A program made the position numbers and the translations under genes. DNA of 64,000 bases, taken from the NCBI GenBank assembly GCA_017499595.2, contig CM039003.1, forward strand, positions 1,240,001-1,304,000, read 5' to 3'. The DNA comes from Psilocybe cubensis (lineage: Eukaryota). The notes under the pieces were generated by a model that was not told the origin of the DNA, ran no database searches, and saw only the letters and a program-made list of their open reading frames with translations. Position 1 is the stretch's first letter; every line of letters starts with the position of its first letter. Below are positions 39,601-53,511 of this stretch, piece after piece.

Positions 39601-41365
39601 TTCGAGCCGATAGAATGTGCACCTTTACGGAGATCAAAATAGAGGGCCTGCCGCAAGGTTTCCGTTTAATAAAAAAGCAAAAAGGCTTTTGCCGCAAGAT
39701 AGTCGCTGCAACGTACCTTTGATAGCCAAGCAATTAATTGAGGCAGATGGCCAGGCTCGATGAGACTCCGTCGTGCCAACTCAGCGCACGCCAGACACGC
39801 ACCGTGCCACGTGCCCTCTGCTATCGCAGGGAGGTCATATAAGCTGGCAGCAGCTACCGAATGGATCTCAAAAAGTCCCATGATAGTCTCTAGCACCTGC
39901 CCAGCAAAGTCTCTTGGAAGTCGTTGGGCAATTCTAGCCACTCCTTTAGCAGCCGACCAGCGCACGACGGTATCCTGGTACATGAGTCAATAAGATTAAG
40001 TAGCCATGTAAGATGATTGAGTGGAGATTACCCTATCTTGCAGTGCTGCGAACGTTTGCTCTAATATGTCCTCTATTTCTTCCGGAACTTCTATTTCATC
40101 CTCTCCTCCACCATGGCCATTATGTACCTCTTCAGCGATAAGTGTACGAGCTTATTCAACATTAATCTTTGAGCTGATTTCTGAAGAATTATAGTAAGGT
40201 GGAGATACCTTGTCGCTTGCTGATTCCTGAACTAGTTGGAAGTAGCCTTAAGCCTACTCTCGATATCAACTTTGTCCTTAATTTACGAATGATAGTATTA
40301 TTCGCATAGGTTGTAGTCTCTTGGATGATGGTGGCGATGGCGCGGAGTGTAGTAAGCTCGTCCTGGACCTGTTCTGCGGAACCTGACTTGACGACCTCGC
40401 AAAGGACCTTCAGGAGTCCTATTGCCTACGAATGAGCAATCCCATAAGTCATGGTTCCAGATGGTCCACGGTAGACCTCACTTTGAACAAGTCGTTTGTA
40501 GTCGTCTGTAAAAACGACCGAGCTTCTTCTACAAAATGATGAAACCCTTCCCCAGTGTCCTTTCTGCACAAATTGGTTCAACATTAAGAGTTGAATGGAC
40601 AGCTGACACACCTGATATACAACCTAGATAGCAACAAAGCAGCGGCTTCTTTCTCAAGACCAGCAGCTCCTAGATAAGTCTTTGCTACGGATTCCAGGGT
40701 TTTGGCTGTATGTCCAATTTGGTCGACTTCATCAAATTGCGCGAGGTCAAACGGGATTAGACAGATGATATAGAGCCATAAAAGCATCACATATCGCACA
40801 GGCCAATGCCAATGAGACGTGACGAGCCCATTTGGGATCAACATAAACTCCAAAGCAATAGATAAATCCGCAATCTCATGAGGGAAGAACCTTACTAGGG
40901 GATCTCAGTCTAGACCGGTAAGCGCATATAGCTCTGAAATCGACTGACCGATGGTTTTGTACCCTCGGAACTTGACGTAGCAATATAGCACGTTTGCAGT
41001 ACGATGGGCGTGCCAGATGTCGCTTCTGTCTGATTTGTTTGAAATGGAAATCTTGACATACTCCTTCAGTGTCTCGACCACAGGCGCGACGAGTTGTTCA
41101 AGATATGGATCAAGCAAGTAAGATTGCTCTTGATATTCATCAAGCTTTATGGCTACATGTGAGCTCAATAAACCGAGATGGGGTTGTAATGGCATACCGT
41201 AGTCGTGAACTTCTGGAAGGTAACGGACCTCTCGGTGTGTTCCTCTTCAGATAACTTCTCGTCATTGTTATAGCGTACATTTAACACTTTATCCTGAAGA
41301 TCCTTCAACTGGGTGAACGCTTCGAAAGTACCAAAGGCTTTCTCTTCCTGTATCTCATCGGCCAT
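36683..41365 (-). CDS. TBCD: Tubulin-specific chaperone D (cofactor D, Cin1/Alp1 homolog)
   Basis: YQEQSYLLDPYLE, DTVVRWSAAKG, WHGACLACAELARR, NVRDAAAYVLW, DREIHIRRAASAAFQEHVGR, LDDYTLDERGDVGSWVR; many introns. Confidence 0.95.
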
Positions 41366-41749
41366 GGCTTAGATAGACTTGTTCAAGCTGATGATGAGGT
41401 AACACGTCAAGAAAGGGTGTCGTTGGCCGTTGTGAGAGACTTTCGAGTTGATAGTGATACACAAAGGAATAAATCGACGGATATTCGGCTGGTTTTCTCG
41501 GAGATCGGATTGAATTCGAACATGACTCGAGACCGACGCGACATTGTGGGAGTCGCGCTCGCGGTGAGGATCTTCTTTGTTTGGATCGAATGAGGCTGCC
41601 AAGCAAATTGTAGATCACCGGAAAGTTCGAAGGCGGCAATGTGCAGCTGGGCTTCCTGGCGTCCTCTTGACTGCAAATCATTGATATCGATACCCTTTTA
41701 TCCTCTCACTACTCTGGAACTGCGAACTTTCTAACGCAAGAACAACAAA
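41366..41749. promoter_or_regulatory. Short divergent (bidirectional) promoter region between TBCD and BUD22
   Basis: The two start codons face outward with 384 bp between them. Confidence 0.6.
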
Positions 41750-43563
41750 ATGGATACCTCATCCAATCCGCAATTAAAAAGGAAGAGATATGAACCTCCT
41801 GAAGAGGTAAATTTTGACGTCTCTTCCCAGCTCAACTCCAACTGAAAATCAGCTTCCTGAGTAAAGGAACTAAGCGTCAGGATTGCTGGAAAACTTGTTT
41901 GTACTTCGAAAGCTCGCGTTACCTGTCGTATTTTGACGCGTTTTCGGTTGTTTAGCATCATGAGGTTAAAGAAGTCCATAAGGCTTCCAAGAGGGCCAAA
42001 ATTTTTGAGACGCAAAAAGTTATCAAGCGTCTGAAAGGCCTTCGGTATATGCTTTTGTATCTTTACATTTCATTTTACTAAACACTTGTTGCCAGCAAAA
42101 AAGACGAATCCAACAAGGCCATTGCAGATTTCGAAGCAGAGTTAACTTCACTGAAGGTCATTTCATCCGATATTAGTCGTCGTGGGATAACTTATACGAG
42201 CTTTCCATATAGGAAGTCCACCACGACGCCATTGGAAACTCTGCTCTCCGATCCAAAGTTCTCAAGGATCATGCCCTTCGCGACAACGAAGACGTTAAAG
42301 CTGCCATGACAAAAGAACTTGAGAGCAACCTCATCACTCCCGCGACGCCTGGAACGACTCTCGCCAAAATTCAAAGCCGTCTACTAAGCTCAAAAATCCT
42401 AGCTCAGCAGATCACAGCAACAATAACTTCTCTGAAATACCTACTCGATCCTGCTCTCAAACAACGCGTGAAAGGCGGGGACTCTGAAGGTCTGCCCTCC
42501 ACAACTGTCGACCCTGACTCCGAACGTCCGTCAAAAATTCGCAAGGAATCATCTGCTTCTGATGCCGTGAAGACGAAAGTGAAAGCTGAAAAGGTCAAAG
42601 CTGCTGCCGTTGATAGTGACCGTGAAGAATTTTCAGATTCAGAAGAGGTTGATGAAGCTGGGTGGGAGTCTGGGACAGTAGACGGAGATGGTGGTGGTGG
42701 CAGAGGCGACGACGACGGCTGGGAGTCAGGCTCAATTGATGGCGGGGACGGTGCAGCGGTCAATAATGATAGCTCCGACGAAGATGACAGTTCCGAAGAG
42801 GGTTCTGAATCCGAAAGCGAAAGCGACGATGAGCTAACCGTCAAGAAGCTAGACTCTAAACCAAAAGCGCCCACTGCAAAATCGGCGAAATCGGCCACGT
42901 CCACGACAAAAATGGAATCGACTTTTTTACCCTCGCTTTCCGTGGGCTTCGTACGAGGTTCTGATGATTCGGATTTCAGTGAAGGAGAGGATAAATCGGG
43001 CGGTGCTCCTAAGAAAAATAGACGTGGTCAGCGAGCTCGCAGGCTGTAAGTTTGCACCCATTTCTCATCAACTCTAATGTCTTCCGCTGACATTTCATTG
43101 AAACTTCTATCTCCTTGTGATTTCCCATAACTTATTATTGTCTGGCTACAGTATCTGGGAAAAGAAGTTTGGCAAGAACGCGAACCACAAGAAAAAAGAG
43201 ATGGAAGCGAGCGCTATGGCCGCTGCAACGGCACCCCGAAATAAGGGTCACACGAGCAAAGTAAATACGGGGTCGAACGCCATTGCTTCGCGTCAGTTCA
43301 ACGATGCCGGTTCCAAGAACGCACCGCCAAGAAGCAAAGGTACCCAGCAACATCATCAACCAGCCGATGCAGGATGGGGCGGCCGAACCAACCGCGCATC
43401 AGTTCCAGCTCCATCTAAATCTAATCCTTCTGTATCAAAGCCTGTACATAAAAAGGATGGTGACAAGCCATTACACCCTTCCTGGGAAGCCAAAAGAAGG
43501 CTGAAGGAGAAAGAGAGTGCGGGGATTGTGGCCAGTCAAGGCACAAAAATCAAGTTTACATAG
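41750..43563 (+). CDS. BUD22: BUD22/SRFBP1-family ribosome biogenesis protein
   Basis: Acidic mid-region, FLPSLSVGF, KKNRRGQRARR, IWEKKFG and C-terminal LHPSWEAKRRLKEKE…QGTKIKF. Confidence 0.9.
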
Positions 43564-43877
43564 TCAGGTGGGCGCTTTTTGTACATCTAGACAGTGGAAA
43601 AATATACAAGGCAATACAGCGTGTCTATAAAAAAAGACCCCAACGAAAGAAATTCTAAACCAGGAAAGCAATAACAAATCGAAGATCCGCGTGTATACAT
43701 ATGTGGTAATTATAAAAGCCTATGAAGAGACTCACAATGCCGAATTCCAGAGTGGATAGGATAAGAAACGGACGGGGAGGCACACAACAGGCCAATAGGC
43801 CTAAACAGAAAGCCCAAAAGAAATATAACCCGAAATGAAGACAAAACACACTTTAGAAAAGCTGCGGGACTTGTGAC

Positions 43878-44670
43878 CTATTGAATCTTTGTCGTAGAAC
43901 AAATGTGCCGCTTTCCATCCACTAAACGGCAAGATCTTGAACACCACATGTCCCCACATTTGGCACATCGAGGAAAGTCGGTGCCTGGTTTGCGGCAGGT
44001 GGAGCAGTGGGTTACCCGGGTGCAAATCCTGGACTTGCGTTCCAGACTGGCAAGTATAGGGTGGAGATCAGAAGTTGCGTTTGATGAGGTGCGTACAGAA
44101 GGCGATGACGACGTTGGAAACACCGGGAAGACTGGAGAAGATAGTGTGCGCGTGATATAGGGAACTTCTGGAGAAGGCGGTGAAGATTCCTCTGAGTCGT
44201 CATCGTCGAACTTGGGTGCTGATAGACGTCTATCGTCGGAGGCAAATGTTACTCTTCTCCGACGCGTAGCTGGTCGAAGGGCGGTGGTAATATGTGGTGC
44301 AATGTTCTTCAAGGTGGATGCGGCTGAGCGAAGGGGTATAAATGACCCCCGCGCTTCGTGTGCCTCTGGTAGTTGGCTAAGACTGGAAGTAGATAGTGTT
44401 TTCGATAGTACGATAACTGGCCCAAGCGAGATGCGAGAGGAGTTGGATAGCAAAGATGATGTACGTGTCCGTGGACGCGATGGTGTGGTTCGTGGTAGGT
44501 CCTATTCATTAGAAAGAGCCAGTGAGTTGTGCGCGTCAGAGTAGCATTAGAGAGCGTTGACTCGCCATGGCAGTGTGTAATGGATTGGTAGAATGGATCA
44601 AAATCACGTAGGCCAAGGTCTGGCGTACCGAAGAGATGGTAGGGATTATATATGGCTGAAAGTGAATTCT
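43878..44670 (-). CDS. Hypothetical Ser/Pro-rich protein with C-terminal MYND/HIT-like zinc finger (5' end not resolved)
   Basis: C-terminal CSTC…PRCAKCGDMWCSRSC…HIC; an upstream intron (~44627-44501) extends the frame. Confidence 0.65.
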
Positions 44671-46839
44671 CACCTAGAAGTTTATTTAGAGTTCTGTCCC
44701 TTGGACCGATATTTAATGGGACGGACACACCGAATAGCAGTAGCGCAGGAAATGTGGATTTAAGTCGATGTTCGGTATAAAGAAGGATGTACGGTATCAA
44801 AAAGATAGTGTGAAAGTCTTATCCGCTAGCGAAAGTAGTCGGCGCTGTATTTGGTTACGAGCGGCGTGGCCTGTTGATAAATATGGTAGGAAAGCGAGAA
44901 AGATGGTCGCAGATAGCAATAAAGTGTTGGTTGAGAGCAAGAGGCGTAGGTGGCGATTGAAATGCAGAATTTGTAAAAGGTTGGCAGGTCAAGACTTTTG
45001 CAGACTTTTGCTCTAGGAGGCAGATCTAAAAATGATTGCCCAAGTGCTGACATCACATGCAAGCTTCGATCACCCAACGGCCAAGGCGACCCTTCGGCTG
45101 TCCGCATGCCGCGGTAACCAACTCTTCCCCTAATTCGATATTTCTGGTCGTGTGCATCTGCTTCCCTCATCGTTCGCCGCCTTTTGCGACAGCGATGACC
45201 CCAGATTCCAAGATAACACTCGCCGTCTATAGTTGTTATCGCTCCCGTTGTGCAACGAGGCCTTGATCCCTTTTCTCACAAATTTTCATGTTTTCTGTCA
45301 CCGAGCCTGAGGTAGATCCGTTCATTCATACGGCTCGGGACATACTGAATGGATCACAACATAGCTATGCTGTGCTACAAGTGCTCTAGTCGTTCAAAGG
45401 GGGACCTCGTCAAAGTTCTTCCAGCGTTGTCTCGACTCTGATATGCCAGCTCAATCACCTATGCGCTGCTGCAGGGCCGACCCACATCGACCAAAATAAG
45501 GAAAGATGCTTCATGACTTTGTGTGTGTAGACCTGCAATACGCGTCCCTTAACTCTGGTTCGGCTTCACCGTGGGCCTCCTGGAAAAGGCTATGGATATC
45601 TTCATCTCTCTGTAGGGTAATGTTGTCAACATTTGCTCTCTAACCCTCGTCGTCATCCTCTTCCAACGCACGACTTTTAATTTCGCAAGATCCTCGCTGC
45701 GTCATCGACTCCTATTGCGCAACCTTGCATCGAAGTTGATCGCCTTGTTACACCCGTCTGCAAATCGTATACATGGTATTCTCGTTTCCTACATTCGGGG
45801 TCTCCTCCCGCGAACGTTCGAGGCAAATTCTACTCACGAAAACTATAACCACCCAGCGCCACAAACAATTTGCAAGCAAACGAGGTCGAAGGTTGGGACG
45901 GGCCGGGACACATGGCTCTTCTATACATCCGAGAAGAACAATTTTTCTCAGCCTATTAATAGCCACGACTAGGAGGAGCGACAACTCTCACTCGAAAATC
46001 CTTTCGCACCTTCACTTTCCTGGCCTCTGGAACTCAATTGCTACAACTGAGGTTGCCAAGCATCTTGATCACTTGAAAAGGTCATATGTGGGTCCTTATT
46101 GGACCTTTGGGCGCTTAACTTGTCCCAAGACTTACCCAAGGCATACTGAAGGCGCAGTGTTGAATCCAGTGCCTGATTTTTGCTCTTTAAATCCCGTGAC
46201 CCGGGCCAACTTCGGCGACATTGATGTTAACCATGGATTCTTCTCCTCCATGAGGTCGTGTAAAACCCCACACTACCAGCAAAATGTTCAAAACTTCACC
46301 ACTTCCTTCCTTCCCGCATCACTCAAAAGCACCACCTGACACCCCTTTTACGAGAAATATATACCCAGGCTGTCGTCATATCCGCACATAAGACTGTATT
46401 GGATGGAATTATACCATTTAGCGGTCCACTTCCACCGTGCCAACGTGCTACAGAATGCTCGAAAACCTTGCGTTCTACCTCCAAAAGGTCGTTTTAATGG
46501 TTGTTCAGACAGATAAAATTTCCGGGCGGAATAATTGCTCCAGCATTATTACATTCCACCTGGCGTAGCCGTACGGCTCCGGACCATATCTTGCAAATGC
46601 TTCGTTGTTCTACTATGCTGTCTGCGTAAGATAGACTCTTGGCACCATTTAACGGACATGGCATTATTCAAACATTAGGTGTTTGGGAACTTACTAATAA
46701 GGGCATCTGAGAGAAGCTGCATCGCAAGTTGGGGTTTTCTCGTTCCTTGACTTCTTCCTATTATATTGCTTGGTCTCGAACAACGACCTTGCAGTTGCAA
46801 TCGCAGCCCCTTTCCAGCTCCACATACAAGCTAAGCGAA

Positions 46840-49800
46840 ATGGGGACCCACAGTCCAACCCACTCTTCTATCGACAAAGACCTCGATGCAAAAAATGAAA
46901 TCGAACACATCGACTCGCACGATGAGAAGCAGCGCAGGAAGCCGATCTTGCCGCAGACACCGATGGAGAAGCAGATGGCTCTACAGGAGGCGTTGAAGGT
47001 CGACCCGGGCGTCAGCAGGTTCAGCTGGGCGGCTATTCAGGTGAGTGATAGCTGGTTACTCGCTTTTTGGTCTGTGCAATCCCACCCCTGTTGGTTTTGG
47101 CTCCACTGTGTTGGGTGGTTATCGTGCTGACCGCCCTCTACGGGCGTCTTAGAATAGAATGCGCGTTGACCTTTAGCGTAGATGTATCTGGTGACGTTGG
47201 TGGTATGCTGCTGTTCAGGTGATAGCGGTTTCGATGGGACGGTTATGGGGGGCATCAACAGCATGGTTCAGTACCAGAAATATTTTGGGCTCAATGGCGT
47301 CGGAAGCAAGACTAGGTACGACACTCTACGCCCACATTTCCCCACGGAATGTAGCTGACGATGGATTCATGTTAGCATTGTTTTTGGAATTTTCACGGTG
47401 TATGTACTCGTCTCCGTTTCGTTATCTTGCGCTTATCAGTCGTTTGACTTGTGCGTTGCCCACAGTGGTTCTATCGTGTATGTAACAATTCTATTCACTG
47501 GAAACGTAAGCTTGTGTCTGATGCTGCTTCTGATGTACTTAGTGGTACGATCCCGGCTTGTAAGCGACATTCTCCATGCTTCAAGGACCTTTCCAGGTCT
47601 AAACCAGAAACCAAATTAATGAATTTCTTTCATAGCGTACTTCCCGGACAGGTTCGGTCGTCGGTTCTCTATGTTCTTCGGAAACGCTGTCTTGGTGTAA
47701 GTTTATTTGAAGTTTCTATTCCGTTTAAACTCCCTTCATCTGCACACATGATTTTTTTAATGAACTTAATGAAAAATGAAAACTAACCACAAGTATTACG
47801 AACTAACAGTGTCGGAGCCGTAATCACAGCCAACGCCAAAGATAAAGGCATGTTCCTCGGCGGTCGTTTCCTCACAGGTAAGCGCCTACAGTCCGATGAT
47901 CGGTCTCTCTCGTATTGCGTGCACACTGCATCAATAAAAAAATATGATCATGATCCATCATGATGCTGCCCAGACGGAAAAAAATAAAAAATCTAAAAAC
48001 GCACAACTGACTTCCTAATCAGGACTCGGATCGTCGTGTGCGGGCGCTTCTGCGAAATCATACCTAGCGGAGATGGCCCCGGCCCATTCGCGGGGCGCTT
48101 ATCTTGGGTTTTTAAATTCGTTGTAAGCGAAATATAATCATGTGAATTTAGAGGTAAAGTTGGGGTTTGACTGCGTGGTTTTAGCTATTATGTTGGCCAG
48201 ATGACTGCTACTGGGATGATGGTGGCCACAGGCAAGTTCAACAGCGAGATGTCTTGGCGGCTTCCTTTGTACATCCAGGTGCGTTGACTTTTTAGTTGAC
48301 AATTAACTGTCAAATGTCCATGTAGCTGATTCCTTCATGATAGCTTGTACCTGGTGCTCTCAACGTCATCTTTGTGTTCCTGTGCCCGGAATCGTGAGTG
48401 CTAGAGTGTTCTGTTTATAATTTCTACATTGATTTTCTAACCTGTTTGGTTGAAATAGCCCCAGGTGGTTGTACAGCATTGGCAAAACTGAACAAGCGAG
48501 GAAAATTCTGGCTAGGTTCCACAGCAGCACGAATGATCCCAATTCTCCTCTTGTTGACCTGGAGATGAGGGAGATTGAGGAGAAGATCCAAATTGACGGC
48601 GCTGATAGTAAGCTTTAATTTGCCTTTTACTTTTAAATTGGTTGGACGTAGTTAACTGGCTTTGATCGTTTTTAGAAACATGGTGGGATTTCAGGCCGTT
48701 GTTCACTACCCGTGCGGAGAGATACAAGGCTTACATGGTAATCCTCATTGGTGAGTGAAAAATATAACAATGGTCTGGCTTTAGCTAACACATTTGGCCA
48801 GGTGTTTTCGGTATGAATCTTGATACTAGGAACATTGAGAGGATATCTAAATTTTATATCGTGATTAACAGGTCAACTCAGTGGCAACGGATTGATCACA
48901 TACTTCCTCCCTATTTTGCTCAAAGATGCGGGGATAACTTCACAAAACAAACAGTTAACACTTAACTTTGTGAACAGTGTTACATCCTAGTGAGTGATTG
49001 ACATTTGCTATTAACGCCCATCCGTGTGCTAACAATAGTCTAGTATCGGAGGTAAGCTTTAAAAATGTTTGATTCAGAAACTCGGACTAAACTTGGAAAA
49101 TTTGGGGATTGTACAGCTCTGACAGTGAGTGCAGTCTTGCTAAATAATTTTTTTTTCCGGCGCTTATGGTGACACAGGGATCTGCTGTCGTTGACCGTTT
49201 CGGTCGTCGCAAAGTGCTGCTGCTCGCCACTAGCATTATGGTGGCCATTCTAGCCACGGTAACTGGCTTATTGAGCGACTTTGGCAGTGCCGCAAGAGCG
49301 AACGCGGGTATCACATTCATCTACCTATTCATGGTCGTCTTCTCGTTCGGATGGACGCCCATGTGAGTAACCGCCTTCTCGGCTGCGCAGTACAGCCTGG
49401 GTACTGACGGGTTTACAGGCAGGCACTCTACCCCGCTGAGGTACTGAGTTACCAGGTTCGCGCAAAGGGGCTTGCTTTCCTGGGCATAGTCGCCCAAGTA
49501 GCGACACTGATCAACACATTTGGGTAAGCCTCGGATGATGAGCCTTTGATAGCGCGTATTGATGGGGTGCGAAAAACTGTAGCCTTCCTGTTGCGCTGCA
49601 AAAGCTCGGGTGGAAAGGTGCGATAATGCCGGCTATCTATAACGCATGTTTACTTAAATATACATTGGCCGCACAGTTTACCTGATTTTCTTGATCTGGG
49701 ATGTATTCGAGGTTATCGTGATCTACTTCTTCGTGGTTGAGACGAAGGGTTTCACCTTGGAGGAGATCAATGAGGTGTTTGAGGATGATAGTCCGCGAAA

Positions 49801-49864
49801 GTACAGCGAGCGACTCCAGCGCGAGATGCGCGAGTCCCGAAAGAGAGAACAAGGCAGTGCTTGA
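46840..49864 (+). CDS. MFS sugar porter (lactose/cellodextrin/hexose permease-like), very intron-rich
   Basis: GFDGTVMGGINSM, PDRFGRR, YLAEMAP, PESPRW, GQLSGNGLITY, VDRFGRR, YPAEVL and VETKG motifs. Confidence 0.95.
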
Positions 49865-50143
49865 AGAAACGAAATAGTTACGAGAGTTCATGTACACGAT
49901 ATATCCCTATGCGCAATTTTTTCATCGAAATGGAGGAAAAGAGTGAAATTGTAAACAGCCGCAAATACATAGCTGATTGTGATGCAATCTGCAGTGTCCA
50001 TCTTAGCGGCCTTTAGGGTACACCACGCACCACACGACCTGCCTCATTCTTTTCTTACTCCGCCTCTTCCTTCAGCTCTACGACTATCCCCCGAGACTTG
50101 CATATACCACTCTATCCGCCTACCCTCGCATCCCATATCCGCA

Positions 50144-52383
50144 ATGGTTAGCCATATTTCTTCCTTAGTCCATCTCCGCGGGCTAACCCATACGCTCTAT
50201 GCATTAGGGTCAAACTCTCTCCTCACCCGGTTTGTTCTTTTCTGAATCTACATCTCGTTCTGTGCCCTCATGCGGCGTATCGCAGCGACCAAGAAAACGA
50301 CGGAGACGGGCAGCAATAAGCGCTTTTTCTATGCCATCTCTGATATGCAAGGGTGGAGAGTTAGTGAGTCATTTGCCTCGATGCAGCACACCGGCTGCAC
50401 CACTACAATCCAGATGGGCATCAGACTAACGGTCCTGTCTAGCGATGGAGGACGCACACGCCGCAGTCCTGGATCTGGACGGTACAGGAGACAACAGCAA
50501 CACCTTTTTCGCCGTATATGATGGCCATGGCGGTACGATAACGGGCGCTCCATTTTTACGATCCCGTGCTCATCATTTTGCCCAGGCTCGACGGTAGCGA
50601 AGTTTGCCGGCCAAAACGTGCATAAACGATTAGTCTCCGAAGAGACGTACAAAGAGAAGCAGTACGATGTCGCCCTCAAAAAGGCGTTCTTGGGCACCGA
50701 TGAAGACCTTCTTGCAAGTGTGTGTTTTCCTCGTTGGTACCTTTACTCTATTCATCCATTTTTATTGCCTTTAGACCCCGCGCACACCAGAGATCCTTCA
50801 GGATGCACGGCTGTCGCAGCGTTAATAACTTCAGATAATAAACTATATGTCGTATGTCCCTTTTCGATTCATCTGTCGATCGTATGCTCACAATATCAGG
50901 CCAACGCCGGCGATTCACGGTCAGTAATTAGTATTAAGGGTGAGGTGAAGCCTCTCAGTTTCGACCACAAACCAACAAGCGACAGTAAGCCAGTCTCGCA
51001 TTCATTTAGAACCTTATCCAACGCATTGTAGCTGAACGGGCACGAATTTCGGGTGCTGGTGGATACATTGAGTATGGTCGGGTTAATGGTGCGTCATCAT
51101 GTTAATTAGTTGTCATCGGGATCCACTCTGACACATTTGCAACCCAGGCAACTTGGCCTTATCGCGGGCGTTGGGAGATTTTGAATTTAAAAAGAATTAT
51201 TCACTCGGACCAGAGGCACAGATTATCACCGCTGATCCCGACGTAACGTGCCACGAGATAACAGACGAAGACGAGTTCCTGGTGTTGGCTTGCGATGGTA
51301 ATTGATCTCACCAACGGAGCCATCTTGATCTGTGCTCAAGCCTTTTTGAACCTTTTATTCAGGCATCTGGGATTGCCTATCGTCGCAGCAAGTCGTCGAC
51401 TTCATCCGGTACCAGGTCTCCGAAGACAAGGAACTAGAGGACATCTGCTCAGACATCTTCGACCACTGTCTTGCGCCGGATACGACGTCCGGAGCTGGAA
51501 TCGGATGTGACAATATGACGATTCTCATCGTGGCCATCACACACGGCCGCACCAAGGAGGAGTGGTACGAGTGGGTAAAGAAGCGTGTGCAGACCAAGTA
51601 TGGGTATGACACCCCAAGCAAACCACCACAGCTATACTCTCCGAGCCGTTTGTTGTCGTTCCGCGCTAGGCAGGAGGCTATTGAGGCGAGGGAGCACATG
51701 CGTTCGCAGAACAAGACACCTGAGGAGACCTTCGAGAGCGAAGATTTCCTGCGCCGGTATGGGTTGACCGTGACGACGTTTTCCCCGTCAGGGGGGATCT
51801 CGTATAGGCCCGGTGCCGGCATCATCAGTGACAGCGGGCAGCTAATGTTCGGGAGTAGTGACGACGACGAAGACAGCAGTGATGACGAGCGGGAGATGCC
51901 CGGTGGACAATCGTTTTTCACGGAGACGCTGGGACTAGGACGAGCAGAGTCGCCGGACCCGACGAAGAACCTCAAGGCGCAACTGGACGAGTACGAAAAA
52001 GATATCCAGGGCGAGAGCGAGACAGATATTGATGCGAAGCCCGCGGAAGGGCAACAATCTTCAGGTTATTGGCTTTTCTTTTCATCGAGCTCTATTGCCA
52101 TCATCCTATTATCTTCCTGGTATTTCCGCCGTTGACCCATTGATTTATTCATCGTCCCCTCCTCGCTCCTACCCGCTTATCATTTATACCCTTGCTATCC
52201 CCTTTGCCTATCCCCTTTGCTGTCGGTTTTGCGATTTAGAGACATGATTTTGACTATCGCCCTTTTTGTTTCCCTTTTCATATAGATGCCTCACAACCTT
52301 CAAAACTGCCGAATGGTGATTCAAAAGGAACACCAGAGCATGAGACACCCGTAATCGAAATTCCCGAGTTGGCTAGCACCTAA
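50144..52383 (+). CDS. PTC2: Protein phosphatase 2C, Ptc2/Ptc3 subfamily
   Basis: [61 protein letters not shown] and GCDNMT. Confidence 0.93.
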
Positions 52384-53511
52384 TGGGCTGGTTAGAGGAA
52401 GGGACGATACATGGTACCGGAGGAAGAGTCTGGCAGAGAATGGGGGTTTCTTGCTGAGTGGGGTGGGGATGGGAGGAGGAATATATTCGTCGTCGTCATC
52501 ATCATCATCATTCATTCATCACCTTCACCACCGTCATCATCTCTTTTCTCGGGTGAAAACGATCAATTCGAACAGGACTCTCTTGTAACATTTCTCGTTT
52601 GTAAAATCTGTTCGTTTGTAGTGCGGGGGTCGTGTATTTTATGTATAACCCCCCACTATGCTTTTGTCATCATACCTTACTGCCTTACCACCCCTCTCCT
52701 CATCGTGAACCCCCATATCGCGCCATTCCGCACCTTCTGTACAGATATAGTTGTAGCCTCCAGCTTGCCTTTTTTCCTTACGTTTTGTTTTCTTTTTCGT
52801 TTGGGATCGACCAGGTCTTTTTTTAGCTTATCTATCTGGTGGTAGTTAGAGTACCATGGCATGCGTTCATGATCTCTATCGTGTTTTTTTCTTCTCATCA
52901 TTTCGTTTACACTCTCCCCATTCACAACCAACATCCCTCTTTACAATCATTGTATCGCACCTGCTTTCTTCTCTCTCTCTCTCTCTCGTCTCCCCTTCGT
53001 TACGACACCCAGTCTCACGATCAGTTTTGCTCTGCTCCATACCTTTTATGATAATCCAATGATTCTCTCTCTCTTCTTCTTTCATTCAAGTTCTTTGATT
53101 TTGCATTTGCATTTTTGGGCATAATTATTTCTTTTTCCTCCATCTCATCATGCAGTATCCGCATCTGCAAACCACTCGCGACAATGCCTTTTGAAAATAC
53201 CAAGGTCTGTCTGACGCCAGTGATTTAAAAATCAACGAAACGACGATATGCTCGTTTCTTCAAGATTAATACGTATGTAAGTTATACTAAAAAATGGGCG
53301 AGATCTGGGTAGAGTGATACGCGATTTGTGTTTATGTTGAAGAACATGTGTTTGGCTGTTGAGATCTTTGACATGGTGCCCATTGAGAGCAGCAGGCTTA
53401 GCCAAATGTCTGGAGACGGTGGTTAACGCTGAAAGGGAACGACGGGACAGACAGAAATCCTTCAAAAGGACCTTACACAGGTTCGTGTCGTTCGGAGAAT
53501 CATTATCAAAT

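Noticed and set aside
45715-46339. 188-aa + strand ORF upstream of the transporter
   Set aside because: It has no motif support and atypical composition; this is probably promoter-region DNA.
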